Source: Puccinia triticina (taxonomy: Eukaryota). From it: a stretch of DNA of 64,000 nucleotides. The notes beneath the pieces were generated by a model. The model made no database searches, had not been told where the DNA came from, and saw nothing but the letters and a program-made list of their open reading frames with translations. The DNA lies in assembly GCA_026914245.1 (NCBI GenBank), contig CP110440.1, forward strand, positions 1,550,001-1,614,000, written 5' to 3'. This document shows positions 24,975-37,339 of this stretch, one piece after another; the stretch's first letter is position 1, and every line of letters starts with the position of its first letter. A program made the position numbers and the translations under genes.

Positions 24975-27560
24975 TTATCTGTTCACAACTGGAGCTGGTT
25001 GATTACCAGTTATCTGCTGAGGGATCTGTGGCATGAGGAAGGGTGAAGTGGGATTCAAAGTATTCCATCGGCTAAGGAAGTCATTCGTGATCGCTTCGGC
25101 GAGCTCAAGGCGAGTGGGGACTTGGACAAGGGTCGTAGAGCAGATCTCATCTGGCGACTGGAAGACGGGGGCGAACATCTTGACTAGGCGTGCCGAAAGA
25201 TTTCTCCAAGTTGGCTCTTCGCAGGTATGTGGTGTTGTGGAATGCTGCTTGATGATTGAGATTGCTTGAATGAACGACATGCATGTCGTGACGCCAGCAA
25301 CCCGGTAGTCCCTTGATGTAATGAAGAGCCCACGAACTCCACCAAGAATGAAGTATACGAGTGGCTGAAAGTTTTGTTTTTTTTGATACTTTTGCAGGCT
25401 TTCGGTTGCGTCCGCCGCCAATTTACTGACAGTCGAAGGATCTTGCCGGATATTGGACTCGGTGGAGATTGGATCGTTGGAAGGGGGTCGATTTGCGCGG
25501 GTGTTTTTTTTTTTGTTGCTGCCGTCAACGGGGCCTCGCTGAGGGCATGGGTTTGGAGTATGATGTAACCCATCAAGACATCTATAATAACGTTGCGGAA
25601 TTCATGGAGGACGTCCACCGAGTGCAGGCGCTGGGTCGGCTTGGCTGCAGGATTGTTCTGGTCGGAAGGAGGATCAAAGGTGGATGAGGAGTTCTTCAAG
25701 GCTTCGAGATAGACCAGGGCTTGAACACCTCTGGTGAAGTGGTCATCCATTGGATTGGAGCTGACTGCTGGTGGGTTGAAGAGGTTATCAGCCATTAGTT
25801 CCACGGAGGCGGCAACAATCCTGGCCCAGTCAGAAGTAATGTGTTGGGGAGGGTGATGCAAGCGGTAAAGGCATTGAACGATGGCGGACTCTGGATGATC
25901 ACTTTTGGTTGTCTTGGGTATGAAGGAGGTGGGTCGGAGGCTGGGGTCCTTCTGACCAAAACTCGTCAATAACGGCAGGTCAACCACGTCTGGGAAATAC
26001 CATTGCTCGTTCTCAGACGGTTTAAGGAATTCGTTGGCTGTAGGGGTGTTAGGTTGTTAGTAGATGTAATTGGTCTTTCAGAAGGGGGCAGGCAAGGGAT
26101 TCACCAAGCGAGTTGATTGTCTGGATCCATGAGGTACGTTGTAAACGTAACAAGGAGGGGGAAGGGGGTGGATTCAAGCAAGCACGGGCACAGTTTTGCA
26201 GCAAGGGAGCAAGTGCCTCCCATGTTGCCACGTACTTTGACCATGTGGGCTTTGAGACAGCAAAAGCTTGACTGATAGCTATCACTTTCATGCGGATCGA
26301 GTCAGATTTGATGATCGTAAGCTTACTCAGCGGAGTGTCTGGACTTGCATGAGATGTGGGGGTGTGCTGCTGATCGGTGTTTAAGGTTGAAGGATTGGGT
26401 GGACCACTGGCCGCCCCGCTAGCTTGAGCCGAGGGGAGAGAATCACAATTGATCTGCGGCTCGGTTTGATGTTTGCCAGAGGTGAGGGGCTCTGCGGGGA
26501 CTTTGTCTTTTTCGTGAGCGGGATCAGGTGAATAGTTGGAGGCAACATCACGGCCTGTAGGGGCTAGTTCCGCGTCCTTTGTCATTTTCACAGTGGTAGA
26601 GCCAGGAGCAATAGTGGGGTCTGTAAGACTCTCACCTGGAGCTGGAAGATCAAGGCCCGCTGTTTTGTCTGTGTTTCCGAGGGGTGTGGTCAGGCTGGTG
26701 GTGTTGGTTTGGGGAATGTGCATGCTGGCTGCTCCGCCGGAGGAGTTCTCGCCGGTCGACTCCTGTGGCCCATCCTCCCAAGGGTTAATTGGTTTTTTCG
26801 GGGATCCAGTCGCTGAGAGTCTATCATGGTTGGTGGGTGAAGCACTTTTTCCCTGTGCAGGAGCAGCGGTGGAGGATGCTGGAGCACTCGAGAGGAGATC
26901 GACTGCCTTAACCGTGCTGGCTTTAGTTTGTGGTCTACGGGTTGTCCATTTCCTTGCCGGCTTCCCACATGACAATGTGGTTGGTGAGGGGCTGCTCGGT
27001 CGGGCAATTTTGATGTCTTCATCATCCGCTACAATGCCGGTTTCCTTCCACTCTGTAGAGACGGAGCTGAGGGGTAAGTCCCTGAGTTGCAAAGAAGTTA
27101 AAGGCAGGGAGTGGTGTGACTCACTGCGTTTGCTCTGTGTAATGGAAGACACTAGGTCTTGAGCTTTTCGTCTACAGCTGCGGGGTAGCTTGAGCGCAAG
27201 AATTGCTTGAGCGGATCGTTGAGCCTCTTTGATGCTGCGGCCAAACTCTTCTGCGGTGATTTCCTGGAGTTCGGTTTGCAAAATGGCCTCTCGCGGATCC
27301 AAGGAGGCCGGGGGCGCCAAGGGAGCACTCTGAAGCGCGAACTCTTGAAAGGAAGGTACAGCAAATGGGTGACCGGGAACGTTTTGTATGAGGTCCTGTT
27401 CGGCTGTTGCAGGAATTCAGCATTGATACAGATAAGGATTGGGGACAGTAAGACTTGACATACTGGGAGGTGGAGTTGAACCTCGGGAGTTGGGGTTGCT
27501 CTCGGTGTTGGAATGTGTGGCGGTGTGGTTGGTAGGGTCGGAGGCAGTGGCAGGTTCCAT
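24975..27560 (-). pseudogene. Large hypothetical cargo gene (low-complexity N-terminal half, helical C-terminal half), apparent frameshift
   Basis: ORFs 26049-27320, 25184-25987 and 24975-25421. The first two are linked by an intron (gtgaat...ctaac...tacag, ~26040-26104); the last by a frameshift, probably at a T run near 25504-25514. Confidence 0.6.
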
Positions 27561-28077
27561 GTTGGTGTGGTTGGCCTGGAAGGAGGGAAGGCAGCGCCTG
27601 AAGGAAGGAGGGAGGATTGGAGGCTGGGAGGGCCAGAGGTGGTCAGTATTTAAGCATTGTGAGGTGGTGGTCCTTTGTGAGGGTCCGTTGCACAGGACCT
27701 TTGTGTATCCACATTCAACGTCTCCCTTTGATATGAGGTTTGCTGATGATGAGGGCGCAGGCTGAACGAGTAACCCGTGGATTACTACTGAGCGATAACG
27801 TGACTCATGTGTGATTGGCCTACGATTGAAGATAGTGAGGTCATCTGCAGTAGATGCTGTCGATCTGCACAGCATGTGCTCCATATTTGCTGTCCCAGCC
27901 GTTGGGGGGGGGAGGGGGGGGGGAGGGGGGGGGAGCTGACGACATTGTTGTGAAACATAATGGGGGGATCAGGGGTTCGGGTCGATATATGGAGGGTGGC
28001 CTGATGCGTGAAATTGCCACCCGGATGGGTGGTTGGCGCTGGAGAGTACTCAGTGGAGGAGGGGACACCTCTGCGGC

Positions 28078-28117
28078 ATGTCCACTCTCACGTTCGGCCG
28101 AACGTGAGGGTGGACAT
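28078..28117. promoter_or_regulatory. Palindrome copy 1 (40 bp, 1 mismatch)
   Basis: atgtccactctcacgttcgg|ccgaacgtgagggtggacat. A regulatory role is inferred, not shown. Confidence 0.6.
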
Positions 28118-28418
28118 TCACCGGTCGTCCTGCGGGTGTATCACCTTGCTCCAGGAAGCGTTTGTCTATGTAGCCTGACGCACGGGGAACCGCCGCACCT
28201 CTCACCTGTTTCAGGGTTCACAGAATAGGCGGGTTTCCAGTAGCCGGCTGCCTGCTGTGGGCATGAATTTGGTTGGCGGATTGACACAAGCGTGTGCCCA
28301 CCACGCGTCATCAGGTAACATGATCAACAAGGCCGGAGGCCGGGCTTGTCGGCAGCGATCACAAGTAAGCAGCAGGTATCACAGTGAAAGAGGCTGTGTC
28401 ACCAGGTGCGTTGCCGGT

Positions 28419-28456
28419 TGTCCACCCTGACGTTCGGCCGAACGTGAGGGTGGACA
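28419..28456. promoter_or_regulatory. Palindrome copy 2 (38 bp, 1 mismatch)
   Basis: tgtccaccctgacgttcgg|ccgaacgtgagggtggaca. Confidence 0.6.
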
Positions 28457-29063
28457 TCTGGCATCCTGGCTGCTGGCAGGTCCTTGTATGATAGGGTGAC
28501 ACTTCACACAACTGGCGCGCGCATAATGTCGCTGCTGTCTTCGGCATGGACGGCACTGTTACCTCATCTGAACGTCAAGAAGCACGGGTGTATGGCTAAA
28601 CTGGAACAGCTCGGCTTTCTAATATCCACAACAGCTGAGGACAGCTGCTGAAAGAGTATGGAGCATTGATTTTGCTAATGGAATTATGTTCATGTAATAT
28701 GCACTCCTGAGGAAGCAGTCCACAAGAGTGCAGGAACTGAGCAGTATGCCTGCTCCATCCTTTGCATGGGAGGAGGGAGCCGTGGTTGGAACGCTCCTGT
28801 TGATGGAAGCGACGTGCTGCAGAAGCATAGCGTCCCAAGAATCTGATCTGCGGTCCCCACACGGAATTAGCATTGGGTGGTGTGTGCAGGATAGCGTAAA
28901 CGTATGCATACCCTATCGAGATCCTCGTGCGCTGTTGCACAGCTGTCGAAAGACAAGACCAGCTCTACAGCTGACACGACGCAGCGCTCGGCTTTCACTG
29001 TGTGTGGCCGGATGAACACTCATCAGTGACACGCGCAACGTGGTTCTTGTGACACCCGAGTGA

Positions 29064-29103
29064 CTGTCCACCCTCACGTTCGGCCGAACGTGAGGGTGGA
29101 CAG
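29064..29103. promoter_or_regulatory. Palindrome copy 3 (40 bp, perfect)
   Basis: ctgtccaccctcacgttcgg|ccgaacgtgagggtggacag. Confidence 0.6.
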
Positions 29104-29426
29104 CCACGGGGGGCCTGCCCGCGCCCCCGACAGCTGTGGCGTGCAGCAGGTGGTCACACCCGCGCGGCATCTCCCACCGCGGCCGTCTTATGTACAGCAA
29201 CACGGCCTCACGACATCTGATCACACCAGGCTTGGTGGCTTGGCACGTACAGCCAGTCATTGCCAATTAACAAGGTGGCATTACAGCTGAGGCAACCAAT
29301 CATGGAGCGGAGAGGTATGATGCGCTCTCACCAACAGGCAGAAAGGATACACGTCTTGATGTTGGGAATAACATAAGATGAATTGGCATGCACATCTCCG
29401 GTGGACAAAGGTCACCACATTTCACG

Positions 29427-31116
29427 CTACTCCACCATTGAACTGCTAGGTCCCGCAACATTACCTCCTCCCGGAGTTGCACCGGGTCCTGCAAGGGATG
29501 AGCGAGGGGCCCCCAACCCTTGTGGCGCCGAACTAGATCCCGCGGTTCCGCTTTGACGGGAGCAGCGCTGCGCCATATTCCCAGCGATGACGTCTAGACC
29601 AATTGGAGGGACATTTGACACGGTTTCCCGTTCGTATTCACTTAACTGAGCCCAATAAGCTTTGTCGTAGCAGTCGATGGGCAGCCCTCAAGGCACGCCA
29701 ACGATTCCCTTGGTTCGTTTGAAGTTACGTTTGGCGCGGGAGTAGAGCTTTAGGTTGGTCACAATTGTCTTGTGATGCTTGGCTTGAGCTTGCACCATCT
29801 TATCGATGCAATGCAGGAGTGTGGTGAGATCATGGCTCCGCCAATCGGGTATCATAGCGTTCGGTAATTCATTCGGCCCGCCATCTTCAATGTCTGAGCC
29901 AACCTCCTTTTGCTCCACAACGTTTGCGAGGGGGATGTTCTTTTCAAAAAGTTTGTCAACCATGGAGCATCGATTTTCCATAATCTGAAAGCAGCACCCA
30001 ATGAAGCAAGTCAGACTCGGCTCGGAAGCTTGGGGGTCCACAAAGATGCATGTTGATGCGAATGTGCAACTTACTTTTTTGCGCCAGCGCTGGTATTGAC
30101 CCTTTGTGGACTTCTGCTGCTTCAGCTTGTTGTATTCATCCACTGGCATGTTACAAAATTCTCGAAGCTCTCTGGATTTTGTCTGGAGCCATCGTTGGAT
30201 GAGCGCAGGTGCTTGACCGGCCTGATTGTCACTGACAAATGTTGTTCGCCGAATCCATTTGACAGACTTGATTGCGAGTATCTCGATGGCAGCCGAATTC
30301 CACGCGGAGTTCCCACCGGGGGCAGCCACAGTATCCCACTCAAAGGTAACTCTTGATATCCCGGCCAAGGAGAGGGCCCTCTCTACGTCAGCCTTTGTTT
30401 GCGGGGTGATAGGCTTGCAACCTCTAGCAGAACCCTTGACAACCGCTGGGGTGAAGGTGGGTAAAACGACATTTCGGCGGATTTCCTTTTCTGCTAGTCC
30501 AACGTAGTAGTCAACCTTGGCGGGGGTTTTTGCGCCCAGGGCATCTCGAACTCGGTCCAGTTGGGCAACGATCTTTTCCTGCCTCCTCTCAATCCAATAT
30601 AAGTTTTTGAGTTCTGCCGGCGAGGGGTCTGGCGGGAAGTCTTGTGGTTGCTCTGGATGACCCAGAAAGAACTTGACAAATCCTTGGATGCTGCGGGAAT
30701 ACTTGTCGCAGTGGTCGGTTAGCGCTCCTTTCTCCGCGATCCCCTTGGCACGACGCCCACCTCGTCTCTTGGCCTCCGCCTCTTCAGCTTGGCTCCTCGC
30801 TTTCCTAGCGTTCTCAACTACAAACTTTGGGTCTAATCGTGCTGAATCGACCAGCACAGATGGCGTTTGTTGGTTGGTGGTTGGACCATCATCTACAAAC
30901 AAAACGTCAGCGGACTGATTGCAGGGCCTCAGTCACATCGTGAATCGACTTGCCTTCATGATCGGTTTGCATGGTGGCATCTCCAGAACCAGCCATCCCG
31001 GCTTGAAACTTGGGAACAAGACGATCAACAAGTGATGTAATCCATTCCTTGTCTTGAGCCTGAGGGAGCACACCGCCGCGCGGCTGATCGGACGGGGGTA
31101 GATCTGTAGTACTCAT
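29427..31116 (-). pseudogene. Transposon accessory protein 1 (one premature TGA)
   Basis: ORFs 30907-31116, 29688-30902 and 29427-29621. Motifs FEW...WN, SDIED...PDWRS...D, and VP*GLPIDCYDKAYW. Confidence 0.7.
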
Positions 31117-31561
31117 GATTCAACAGTATAGAGGGCGTGTTGGATGGGTTGGCCAACCAAGCAGATATTGACGTGAAGCAAAGGATTTTGGGGAAGTGGT
31201 TAAACAATATAGGTGATGGGTGAAAAGCAGTGATTTCGCGAAACACTGCACAGGCAAATCTGAGACACAAAGTTGGATGAACGGGGAAGCAACTAAGGCA
31301 GAAAAGTGAAATATCTGGGTAATTTGAGAGTTCATACACAGTTGCAGCTGACGTACAACACCAGGGTAACGGTGAGGGATCTTAGTTTGAAAGAATATAC
31401 TGCTCAGAAGGGGGACACTCATTCACATTTTTTTCAAAGACGTTCAATACAACCCTTGCCCAAACAGCTGAGAACCCGCTGGCAAACACCACCGTTCCCT
31501 TTCTAACATCCTCAGGAAGAGTCTTGCACCAGGCTCTCCCACCCCTGAATCACGCAAGCAT

Positions 31562-34500
31562 TCACAAACGAGCCCAATCAGAGATGTAAAACGACAGAAC
31601 AGGGCCCTTTGATGCGAGGACACTCACCGCAGTCCCCAACCCAAAGGCACTCATTGTTTCCATTGAAACACCAAACGTCCCCGCTACATTCCGCATAACA
31701 GCCACATGACCTATGATCCGATTGCTGTCGAGGATCACGGAAGCCTCATGACTGGCCTTCACCAAACGACAATTTAGATCTGGATAATTGCCGTATGGAT
31801 CTTCGCTCCTTTGTAGTTCGTCAAATGGGTTCACAAGAACCCAAATTTTGTGAGGTGTTTGACTTGATCGGAATATTTGTTTGATTTGACCAAATCTCTG
31901 ATCTTTGCCCAAATAGAACTCAACCAGACTATTGCCTTCGTGATGCTCTTTGGCGGTGAAAGTCTTCCGGTCCATCTGAAAGTTTCGCACCACTTCCACC
32001 GTGGGATTCAAATTGAGTCCTGCTTGTCTCAAATCAAGCCTGGCTCGTGTGCCCTCTTTTGCGGCGACCGCGCGTTGCCACTTGTGTAACAAAGTCACAT
32101 CTAGCATTACTTGGGTCCCCACCTTGTCTTCTGCATCCACCACCTCCTTTGTCAAACAGTTTAGCCGTGCTTGGTCGTTGAGAACCAAACTAAAATTAGA
32201 GTTGGTGTGCCACTTGGTCATGAGATTTTTGGGGATGTCGTCTGCATTGTTGGAAAACATCAACATGTCAGCAGATCATACATTGCATTGTGTAACAGTG
32301 TATATAAATTTGGTCACTCACCAGGGTGGTGATTTGTGGGTAGCCTCTGCAGCATCCCATTGACCCTTTCCTGCGCCCAAGCGGCTGTTGATCGAGGTGG
32401 ACCAAACCTCCGGATAACCGCAGAGAAGTGCTGTGTGAGATGAAGATTTGGCTTGCTGGGTTCGGCGGGCCAGCCTTCTTGCAGGCATTTGCGGTACTTC
32501 AAAATCATGCTGTTGAGCTCTCCTAGATCTGTCACCTTTATTTTTGGCAGGGTCAGGAAATGCATGATTTGAGAGAGAGTGGAGGTTGACTCTAGTAGCG
32601 TCAAGATTCTCTTCTTGCTTTCAGGGGTAGCTGCTTCCTCGAGAGATTTGACCCACAGCGGAATCAGGGCAAGGGTGTAGTAGACTTTGTATAGAATCAA
32701 CCACTCGGCTGCCTTCAGGGAACCGTGGTTTGCCGAGCCCAAATTGTGAGGGACCCTGTCAATCCAAGACGGAATCACAGTATGGATGATGGTCCGTCGG
32801 ACGACATCCAGTTCCTCAGGCAGTAGCTTGGGACAATCGGTGTCTGCAACTATCCGACGTGAGTTGCTGGTACTCTGATACGCTCCCATCACGGTATGGT
32901 CACTGCCACGATCGTCGTCAGAATTAACAGAATCCTCATCCTCAGAGTCCTTATACAGTGCCCTCTTTCGAAGTCAAAGCAGATAGGAATGAGTTGAAGA
33001 GGTGTCCGAGGCTTCCAAAGAGGCAGCTGTTGAGATTTGTGTAGCCTTTGCAGCAGGCACATCTTTGGTGGGTTGAGCTGAACTTCTGCGGCTCTTTTTG
33101 CTGGGCCTGTTCGCAGTGAGAGTTTCTGTGGCTGATTGATCCAGCTTTCTCTTCCCTTTAGCTCCCCTGGAGGATTGAAACTGCTCAGTGAAGGGAGGTT
33201 CTGCGTAAGATTTGTTGTTTTGCCATGCTTCGTCAAGCTCTTGCATTGTCTTGAGTTGTGCCCCTGCAGCAGGCAGATTCAGGAATCGGATGCTGTGGTC
33301 TTTCAAATCGCCCAGCACTAAGGCATGCATCAGCTCAATTGAACAGTTTTGAATGGGTTTCCAATAGGGCAACTCGTTCAGGACGCTCCATCAAACACCC
33401 TTCATTTTTGAGAACTTCTTCCGTTTCGTGTAGTTGTCAATCTTCAGCCAATCAGAGGCGTCCTTCAGGTGAATCTCATCAGTGCAGTCTGGAAACTTGC
33501 TTGGATCACTCTCCTCTAGATTTTCCTTGGTCAGCAAACATAGAGAACAGAACAGGTTCGCCGCGTGACTGCCAAACCCAGCAGTCTTCCTAAGTGCTGG
33601 TAGGTCTGCAATGAGCGGGAAGATTGCAGCGCGGATTGTTCTCCCCTCTGCATGAAGGCTGGTAGATTTGAACAAAACCCCGCTCCAGAATTGCTTCAGC
33701 TCGTTGATAAGAGGCTGCAAGACGTGATTGATTTCCTCCAATCTCGGCTCCTTGGGGCCTGGAATAATCCCAAACAGGAAAATGTTTTCAATTTTGTACT
33801 GGTGAGTGGGGGGCAGGTTCAGGCAGACCAAGGTTATTGCCCCAACAGTTGTGTGCTTCCGGATATTCGAGCTTCCTTCTGGGCTAAACCAGTCCAAATA
33901 TAAGCTGAAGACCAGGTTTCCGGATGTTTGCGTATATTTGCCTGCGCCATCGTCTGAGTTAGGAAATTCTTGCCAGATTCGACTGTGCCAGACATCTTCC
34001 ATTGGTTGTTCTTTGGTCCAGGCATTAGCTCCCAGACTGGAATCCAATAAGCCCTCAAAACACGGTTGGCCGAGGCGTCTCGTTAGCCAAGATTTTAGCG
34101 ACACGTAGGTGAATGTGCGAACGGGAATTTCTCTTCCGCTATCGTTGATTTTGTATAGAGCCTTGTCACACATTGGAGAAATATTTTGTGAATCAGCCCA
34201 CTTGCAGTAGCCCTGTCTAGGCGACAGAAAAGGTTTGGTACATTTCTTGCCACGGCCATGAACAGTTGCCAGCGGGTACAATTTGAAACATTTGCTGCAA
34301 CATACTTGGACAATCAGGTCGGGGTTCAAACCGAGGCGATGGAATACAGCTTCTGGGGTCTTTGGGATCTGTTGAACCATTGTGGAGGTAACGAGATTCT
34401 TCTGCAATTGGGAGCCCCAGATTTTCGCCAGCAGGAAGACATTTTCTCGAGCAGCCTTCAAGAAATCCACCGCCCCTGCTTTGGTGAGTTTGTTTGCAAA

Positions 34501-34880
34501 GACAGATGCCGCCATCTGAATCATCACCTGCTTAGAAAAGCTCTCCTCCAGATAGACAGGTTCGGTTGTACTTGTGGGGATTGCTGCCAAGGCAGAAGTT
34601 GAGGCCTGGGAATGCTTGGCTGGAAGGTTAGCAGCGCGCAACCCAACGACTTTGATGAGGTGATCCAACTAACCATTATATTTCTCACGGGGGCCACCAA
34701 ATTGGTTGTTCGGGCGACACCGCTCCTGGAAATCTCTATAGCTACTTGCATCTGATGTTGCTCAAAAATCCTCTTCGACAACACCCTGCCAGGCATGATT
34801 CCTCTGCCGTCTTCTTCATGTTGCGCCGTGTTGCACCCGGCCCGTTCGCAATGGCAGACATAATAACGTTGGTTCACCAT
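31562..34880 (-). pseudogene. CACTA/EnSpm Tnp2-like DDE transposase (spliced; two premature TGA stops)
   Basis: N-terminal CxC...C...H; GNLVFSLYLDWF; LVCLNLPP; GIIPGPKEP; LIADLPALRK.AGF.SH...FCSLC; ELMHALVLG; IPSWIDRVP..LG...GSLKAAEW; KPNLH..H......FGP......ERVNG.L. Introns near 34621-34673 and 32241-32319. The 3' end is approximate. Confidence 0.92.
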
Positions 34881-35476
34881 CCTGTGAAGTAACCTTTTGC
34901 AAGGGATTCGCCCGCACGGTTTGCTATGATGGTGACAAAAGTTGATGTGTGATGCTAGAGTGCCATCCACAGTATTTCTGCCGGAAACGGTGGAGCAGGC
35001 GCTGTTTCCAAGTGTGCCACAACAATCAAGGAACGTACAAGACTCTACTAGCGGCTGCAATGCAATTCACCTGCGGCACTTGGACATGCACAGTGTGGCG
35101 CTACCATCCTAAAACGCACAGCAACAAAACTTCCTGCATTGACTTAGCTCCTGTGATTTAGACCGCATTGAATATGAGGTGGGAGTTGAAGCGGGATCAC
35201 GACTGGTTTCCGCGACACAGCCAATGTCCTGTGTGTCCGCACTATCACCACGCGGGCACGTCACCTTCTTTGCCTTCTTGACTGCTCCAATATTACTGGG
35301 CAGGTTTAATTGAACTCATACCTGCTTTGCACTTTGGTGGGCTCGTACAGCTCAAATACACTTTGGTAATCTGCCACAGGCGTCCTCAGTTCCTTCCATC
35401 CTGGTCCAAATCACCCTCCAAGCTCCCTCTGTCAAGCCCGGTGTGCCTCCACACCCATCTCACTCATACAAATATC

Positions 35477-36390
35477 ATGGTTCACACTTTCAAATTTGAT
35501 CCCTCTCAACTTCGCTGGCTGCAAGAAAAGCAAAAATTGGTGGACACAGAGATGCAGCGTGTTGTCGACGAATCAGCCAACGATGAGTGCGACTGGATCC
35601 ATTGGAACCTGGCCTACCGATTTCAGCGGAAGTTGTATGCTGATTCAATTGACATGAAAATCCCTCAATGGGCAGTTCCAAATGTGACGGCAACATGGAA
35701 CGCAATAAGAAATCGTGCAGGAATAGGTACGTGTGCAAAATACATTCCCATTTGCATGTTGTGAGCTCTGACTAACAGTATCATCTGTTCACAGGCGCAA
35801 TCAAGTACCAAACCCCCGTGGCGGTTGGTGAAACAGCCACACAAGAAGGCAATTCTGCTGGCGCTACCCTGCAGGAATCGTAAGGTCAGTTTGACTCTGT
35901 CACATTGCATGGTTTACCCGCACTGACCACCGTGACTTGAAATGCATTGTTGAATAGGCAACACTCTTTAAGCCTTGTAAACCTCCATGGCAACAGGATT
36001 TGGGATACACTTCTTCTCTGCCCTCCTAATTGCATTCCTCCGCGGTTTCAGCTTGGCTCTGTACGGCCACAAGAGGACTCAATAGATTTAGGATTATCCC
36101 GATGATCACCCGCCGAGAGGTGGTTGATGATGCCTGTTTCCCCCTGCAAAGATGCAGTTAGCATCTGCCACCAGTTCTGAGACTCAGGATCAGCAGTCCG
36201 AGTTTGGAAAAGCCGATGTCCGCCTGACTACCATTTTCCAATGCTAACCCTTCCCCTGGCCAGCGAGCAAGCAGGAACAATGCTGTTCCGCTGAGGACAC
36301 AGCTGTGCTTGCGCTGCTGCTCCCTCAGCACTCGTCTTGCACAGGACGTGCAAGCAGGCAGGAAGCCTCGAGGTAGGAGATGAGATGACT
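35477..36390 (+). CDS. Small spliced hypothetical cargo gene, divergent from the transposase
   Basis: Exon 1 MVHTFKFDPSQLRWLQEKQKL...WNAIRNRAGI, then a gtacgt...ctaac...cag intron. The 3' end is uncertain. Confidence 0.45.
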
Positions 36391-37085
36391 GTGGTATAGA
36401 CCGTCCGTCAATGGTGGCTGGCTGTGACCTGGCCAGGTGGTGATGATGAGTTGACAACCCATCTTTACCCTTGATACACTTGTGGCCTCATTGACTTGCG
36501 TATGGGAGTCGCTACTGTCACGGGTCCGTCCCAGCCTCCTGCGCCAACGAGAAGGTTGCCTTGTCGTGATTGCAGGATGGTATCGCACACCATTGTACCA
36601 AGCAGCTGATCCCAGAGGTCCTTCTATCCTGCATACGGCGCGGGAGGACTTCACAGATCTGTTATGTGGCGCCAACAAACCAATGGAGCAGCCCACCTAA
36701 GCACTGGGTCATAGCACCGGTAGTCTGACCATCAGTGACTGCCCACAGTAACACCGCAGGTCACTTGCAAAACAGCCAAATATGGGCACCAAACACAGGA
36801 GCCCGTCCCCGCCGTAGCATGCCGTGTAAATGACTGGTCACCAAGACAGGCTCCCTGGCTGACTCCCTGGCTGAAAATGCAGAAGAAAAGCCCAGTGGCG
36901 TGCATGATCACAGGCCAGGATTTTAGAGCTAGATTTATGTCCCCCCTGATCGTCGGCCTAAAGGCTAACATCGGGGACATGTACCATCAAGTGACACTCG
37001 CACAGCATGTGACTCAGCCTACGGCGCATCAGCCTGTGAACGCAGTGTCACTGATGTTGTGATATCCCATGCCAGCCTGTGACAG

Positions 37086-37123
37086 TGTCCACCCTCACGT
37101 TCGGCCGAACGTGAGGGTGGACA
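37086..37123. promoter_or_regulatory. Palindrome copy 4 (38 bp, perfect)
   Basis: tgtccaccctcacgttcgg|ccgaacgtgagggtggaca, ~215 bp upstream of ORF 37340. Confidence 0.6.
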
Positions 37124-37339
37124 TATCCGGGCCGCGCGGCCCGCAATGCCAGGTGGGCCTGATGCCAAATATTTGGCAATCTCCCCCTTGTCCGAACACT
37201 CTCAGCTGTGCCCTTTCCACCGCGGAACCAACATCAGCCCTTTGTGTCCATGCCGTCACATTTTCCCTGTGATCAATATTAAAGGCGGGCTCTTCTGCAT
37301 CCTCCCCCCTGGGCCAGCGCACTCCGTCGTGCCAACCCA

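Noticed and set aside
28078..37123. Palindromes as independently inserted micro-MITEs or rho-independent terminators
   Set aside because: No flanking duplications, no loop or U-tract, and a eukaryotic context.
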